Positions 49,969 through 55,061 of a stretch of DNA of 55,061 nucleotides are shown in pieces (the stretch's first letter is position 1; the number at the start of each line of letters is the position of its first letter). The notes below the pieces were generated by a model. It had not been told where the DNA came from. It saw only the letters and a program-made list of their open reading frames with translations, and did not search any database. The stretch is from NCBI RefSeq assembly GCF_004010195.1, contig NC_057719.1, positions 41,752,249 to 41,807,309 on the forward strand, read 5' to 3'. The stretch is from Chiloscyllium plagiosum. Taxonomy: Eukaryota. The translations under genes were made by a program, and so were the position numbers.

Positions 49969-51341
49969 GGACCTTCAACCATGACCGCCTCTCCCAGAAT
50001 GTAATTCTAGTAGAGGCAGCAGGTTCAGTTCTGCCACCACCCAGCCTAATTATATGGTCCTCCTCCCTCCAAAATCTCCATCAGCAAGAGCAGAAGATAC
50101 TGAATGAATATCTGCTGACATATACTTTCTGGGCCACCTTGCAAATGTTTCTAATCATTATGAAATTAAGTTTAAACGGAATAAATGTTTTTTTAATAAC
50201 TTCAAATGCAAATTTTACCTTCATTCTACTGCTGAGTAGAATCCTGTTTATCAATGCAAATCCTTTTAAAGGTAAAAAGAATCAACGAGTTTCCATTTAT
50301 ATTATGCCTTTCACAATAGCTGAAGAATGTTAACAGCCAATGAAGTATTTTTAATGCAGAGACTAAAGAGGGCAAGCGTCAGGTTAATGGAACATAGCCA
50401 TGTTTTCTGGCACCAATCACCTGAATGCCACGGTAACAGCACATGCTCACCACCGATTGATTCCAAATGGGCACACACAGGAACAATGTTAAGACAATTT
50501 TTACAAATTACAAAAACGATAATCCTGATAATTTTAACACTGACACTAGCAACATGCAGATTAGCATAAATATCAATCATAAATATATTTAAACTTTCTC
50601 ACCATGCATTTTTTCTGCTTTTGTGTTGGTGAAACTGCCCCAATGCATCATAAAGTTGTTTCAAATTCTTGCTTGGAGATTACAGAAACATCAAAGAAGA
50701 AAAAGGTTCTTGGCTCATTTTACAGGGTGGATGGATTTTCACATTTTGTCTAAATTCACTTATTTATTTAGGTATGCACCAAAATAGTGCATATAATACG
50801 CCAATCTAACGTTGTTCCACATTGTACAGTAAATGTACACTTAGAATTCAAATGCTTAAGTAAAGTAATGTGTTACAACTATATCCTAACACTACTACTT
50901 GTGAGGAAGAATATGGAAGACCAATAGGTTTTTAATCAAAGCATCACACCAACAGGAAATTTATTCTACAAGTTAAATTTAAAAAATGTGTGCTTCAGGA
51001 AAGTAGAGACTGTGTTCACATCATCTTGTCCATGCAAACATGCAGATAAATAGAACATCAATCAAAGGAATGAACTATCTCAGATGCTGGTCAAAATAGG
51101 AATGATGTCAAACAGGATAAAACATGTTCAAAACACATTGCACTGATAAGTGAAATTTGGTTTGTACTGTGTGAGAGATTGTGCTTCTGATGATCCCACA
51201 TTATTCTTTAGTTTTAGGATCTTAAACTTTGTACAACATCCAATTGGGCTCTTGTTTAGTGACTAGAATAAAATAAATCAACTCATAATTGTTTATTTTG
51301 AATTGGATTTTTGATTTCTATATTTGATTGATTTTAAATAT

Positions 51342-51909
51342 TCAAAGTTTGGGTGAAGATTTGTAGCTCGGGTGCTCGTTGTTGTGGTTCTGTTCGCCGA
51401 GCTGGAAGTTTTTGTTGCAAGCGTTTCGTCCCCTGTCTAGGTGACATCCTCAGTGCTTGGGAGCCTCCTGTGAAGTGCTTCTGTGGTGTTTCCTCCGGCA
51501 TTTATAGTGGCCTGTCCCTGCCGCTTCCGGTTGTCAGTTTCAGCTGTCCGCTGTAGTGGCCGGTATATTGGGTCCAGGTCGATGTGTTTGTTGATGGAGC
51601 CAGACTACTGCGGCCACTAGGACTTATAACAGCACACAAACCAACAGCCACCCTCAGACAACAACTCACCAGAACGAAGGACCCGATACCTAGTATGAGC
51701 AAAACTAATGTAGTGTACAAAATCCCACGCAAGGACTGCATAAAACACTATATAGGACCGGCCACTACAGCGGACAGCTGAAACTGACAACCGGAAGCAG
51801 CAGGGACAGGCCACTATAAATGCCGGAGGAAACACCACAGAAGTGCTTCACATGAGGCTCCCAAGCACTGAGGATGTCACCTAGACAGGGGACGAAACAT
51901 TTGCAACAA
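51342..51909. mobile_element. Penelope-like element with inverted termini around an endonuclease fragment, 13-bp TSD
   Basis: TSD tgattttaaatat at 51329-51341 and 51910-51922. About 51412-51563 is inverted at about 51757-51909. The middle reads RLLRPLGLITAHKP...NVVYKIPRKDCIKHYIG. Confidence 0.9.
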
Positions 51910-52476
51910 TGATTTTAAATATATTTTCTCACATGGATGTAAAGTGATATTCTCTAAGTAGGCACTTTGAAGTAGGTTAGTTTTCAATTATCTCATTCGG
52001 TTTTTATGCTGTGTCTGGATATTTTGTCCAAATATAGAAAAGGAACAGATGCCTTTAATAAGCCCAATTTGCACCTTCTTCTGTATCTCTGTTCTCTTCT
52101 CCAGTTTCACTCTGAGTAGTTTCCACCACCATTGTCTCTTATATTGTGTCCATTCGATGATTACACCTATCAAGTAATCTTTATTGTGGTATATTATCTG
52201 TTTATTTAATTAATTTGCAAAGGAGTGAATGACAATATATCATTCCTCTTCCATCTTTCACCTGTGAAATTCCTGTTATTGTCACGTACCTTAAAGTTCA
52301 CCTTCGTCTCCGGTCTCCATTCCCTCACCGTTCTCTGAAATTCTCTATCTTTATTCTGATGCTTCTCTCCATCACTACAACAATGATAAGAATCTGCAAC
52401 AAAGATTATATTCGCCTAGTCTCCTGAAAGTAAAAGGAGTCAATGATTTTCCATTTATATGACGCCTTTCACAAAA

Positions 52477-52537
52477 TGCTGTGCTTTTCCAGCAATAAAG
52501 TTTCAACTTTGATCTCCAGCATCTGCAGACCTCACTT
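52477..52537 (+). mobile_element. 61-bp Penelope terminus fragment
   Basis: tgctgtgcttttccagc...gatctccagcatctgcag; flanked by a perfect 57-bp duplication. Confidence 0.85.
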
Positions 52538-52644
52538 TCTCCTGAAAGTAAAAGGAGTCAATGATTTTCCATTTATATGACGCCTTTCACAAAAGCTAAA
52601 GCATTTTTATAGCCAATAAAGTATTTTTTAAGTGTTACCACTGT

Positions 52645-53925
52645 TGTAGGGAGACTTCACAGAGTCGCAGACTTGAAGTTGGGGGAGAAGATCTAACTCT
52701 GTTAGTGTTCACCAAGACAGATACAGGGAAAGCAATAAGTAATATGAAAGGATTCTGCAGTACTGGCATGCAAGTTTGGAGAAGTGTAGCGTAGAAAACA
52801 TTTATTTCTGCTCATAAAGGCACTTTCATATTTTATCCTTTCGTACAAGGTTCTATCTAAGTTTAACATTAGCTGCATGCCTTTCACTTTAAGTTGAGCT
52901 TTGATCCCTTAACATCAATGACAAATTTTAATATGGAGGGCATCTTTGGGTTTAGCTGTTTTCAGACTACACCTAAGAGTGCAGCAGGCTAAAGCAGTCA
53001 GTTATTAAACCATTCATGCTGTTTTGATTACATATTTAGCAACAGCTTTTGGACTTCAGTTGTGAAGGATTGTGGAAAACCAAATTTATTTCAAGTTGTG
53101 TGGATCAAGATTGTTTTTTGAAGGATCAATGAAAAGACTTTGGAGCTTTTTTTAACAAAACATTTCTTGGAAACCATATAGTTCCAGAAATTGCTGATCT
53201 TGGCTGCGAGAACTCACTTCACTGAAAATGCATGATTGTTTTCATGACTGCATTTTATGCTGTCTGTTTGAACAGTGTATTGTAACCTGGAGATGGTTTT
53301 AGATTTTCAATCTGAGATGATTGCTGTAAGAAAGTGTTCAGTGCATGTCTGCTGTCTCTTGAGTATCTTTGTGAGAATCCAATGTGAGGCATGATTTTCC
53401 TCTTGAACAGCTACTGGATGACTTCTCTATGTTGTGTTTGTAAGCAAGCTGCATCAAAAAAGCATCTGTGTTAATGATCAGTCTATAACTGCCAGAATGC
53501 CAGACCAATAGCTGTCTGAACATCCCACACTCATCCTTTCATTGCCTTCAAGAGCTAAGACTTATTGGGTAAAAGTGAATTTTCTCAAACTGAATTTCCG
53601 TTGAAAGAAATCCTTAGTTTTTCTTTCCCTGATGTGAATGGGAATGCATATGTTTAGGGTTAGTTAAAGAGATAAATATTTATTTTTCCATATTACAAAC
53701 TGTGTTAACTAACTGCAACTTTGTAAAATACTTTTCATTTTATAAATCTCAATAACTTAGTGCTTGGTAAGAAACTTGGTTGATGTAACTTATTGCTCTA
53801 AATCTAACATCGAGAAAACATACAATTGTTCAGGTGGAAACTGGGAGTATCAAAAAAAATTTTGTGACCCCTGAAGGAATGAGACTGGAGAAAGACAGTG
53901 CACTCCTCCCATCTCAGTCGAAACA
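52645..53925 (+). mobile_element. Possible long solo LTR remnant
   Basis: Interrupts a SINE tail and ends agtgcactcctcccatctcagtcgaaaca, which resembles a shark LTR end I recall. No TSD confirmed. Confidence 0.3.
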
Positions 53926-54032
53926 ATGCCAACAGGATTCCAGCTTTAATACCCAGACTGGGCTCTGTATTCTGATCCTCAGTTATTACAATTAAACCAG
54001 CTTTTATTTTGTCCAGCCACTATAAAATGATG

Positions 54033-54261
54033 GTGAAGGTGGGTACTGCAGATGCTGGAGATTAGAGTCAAGATTAGTGTAGTGTTGGAAAAGCACAGCA
54101 GGTTAGGCAGCATCCGAGGAGTAGGAAAATTGATGTTTTGGGCAAAAGTCCTTCATCAGGAATGAGCTTTCCTGATGAAAGGCTTTTGCCCGAAATGTCA
54201 ATTTTCCTGCTCCTCAGATGTTGCCTGACCTGCTGCATTTTTCCACCACTACACTAATCTT
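54033..54261. mobile_element. Palindromic Penelope mini-insertion, 15-bp TSD
   Basis: TSD cactataaaatgatg at 54018-54032 and 54262-54276; inverted arms with hammerhead cores on both strands. Confidence 0.9.
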
Positions 54262-54366
54262 CACTATAAAATGATGCCATCTTGAAAGTGTATTTTCTAT
54301 CATTCGTTCATGGGATGTGATTATCATAGTTGCTGGCTTGGCCAGCATTTATTATCCAACCCTAAT

Positions 54367-54480
54367 TGTAATGATTGTAACTAAGGCAGCTTGGTGGACC
54401 TGACAGAACAGGAGTTCCATGATTGGGGCTGTTAATTTGGTCCAATTAGGGAGCCCTGATTGACACATATAAACAGGAGT
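54367..54480 (+). mobile_element. 5' half of an LTR (family of 4957-5190), inserted in a reverse SINE tail (54295-54366)
   Basis: Starts TG; gagttccatgattggggctgttaat...gacacatataaacaggagt aligns with 4957-5070. Confidence 0.75.
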
Positions 54481-55061
54481 AGCCCGGGTGTCCTTGGAGA
54501 AGGAGCACGCGGTGTCGACCAACACCCTGGAGTTGTTCAGGGAGAGGTCGGCGCCGCAGGGAGTGGAGTGCATCATTTCTCCGTCCAACTCTATTTTGTT
54601 TTAGTCCCTACCCTCCCCTTCACTGTTTTGATCACACAGCACTGCCCTTTGATGTGAAGGGCAGTGTTTGTCACTGGCCACCCGGGTGTTTTCCTATCTT
54701 CCTGGTGGTGGAAATTGAATAACGATTGGTGCACTTTGTGTCTTCCACTGTGTCTCACACCTGCACACACACACCATGGGTGCTGGGGAAAAAAATAAAC
54801 ACCACCGCACTTAGGTGGTAGTGTGGGAAAAAAAATTAAAAAAAAAGAAAAAAGAAAAAAAAATAAATAAACAGGAATAGCCCGGGTGTCCTTGGAGAAG
54901 GAGCACGCGGTGTCGACCAACCCCTTTGATTTGTTCAGGGAGAGCTGGGCGCCGCAGGGAGTGGAGTGCATCATTTCTCCCTCCAACTCTATTTTGATTT
55001 AGTCCCTACCCTCCCCTTCACTGTTTTGATCACACAGCACTGCCCTTTGATGTAAAGGGCA
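54481..55061 (+). mobile_element. Tandem short Tx1-derived elements (398-bp period; the second copy runs off the window)
   Basis: The unit encodes RVSLEKEHAVSTNTLELFRER.APQGVECIISPSNSILF* (Tx1 ORF2 C-terminus-like), then a 3' UTR and poly(A). The second copy starts at 54879. Confidence 0.75.

Noticed and set aside
45900..51300. Exons of a neighbouring gene such as TMEM179
   Set aside because: No matching coding sequence seen on either strand; AT-rich non-coding DNA apart from the RPS15 retrocopy.

Overview
This is vertebrate genomic DNA from an elasmobranch, judged by several HE1 V-SINEs and CR1/HER1-type LINEs. A carpet or bamboo shark is my inference. Most of the window is transposon remnants: CR1, L2/CR1-group, RTE, Tx1, Penelope-like elements, SINEs and solo LTRs, with an assembly gap at 24640-25466. 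The ORF track misses a spliced + strand gene that I reconstructed by hand from exons 23570-23585, 27374-27534, 28001-28139 and 43775-43977 (519 nt, 172 aa, all phases compatible). It resembles NRAC/C14orf180. The protein has a SILK-type motif (SILR), an RVxF motif (RVRF) and a C-terminal transmembrane helix, suggesting a membrane-anchored PP1-docking protein. Other notable items are a 3'-truncated RPS15 retrocopy with a 5'TOP-like start, several Penelope minimal hammerhead ribozyme motifs, two tiny retro-tails flanked by 55-57 bp duplications, and tandem Tx1-derived short elements inserted at one site inside an LTR. Family and gene assignments come from recalled sequences, not database searches. 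Repeat boundaries are approximate unless a TSD is given.
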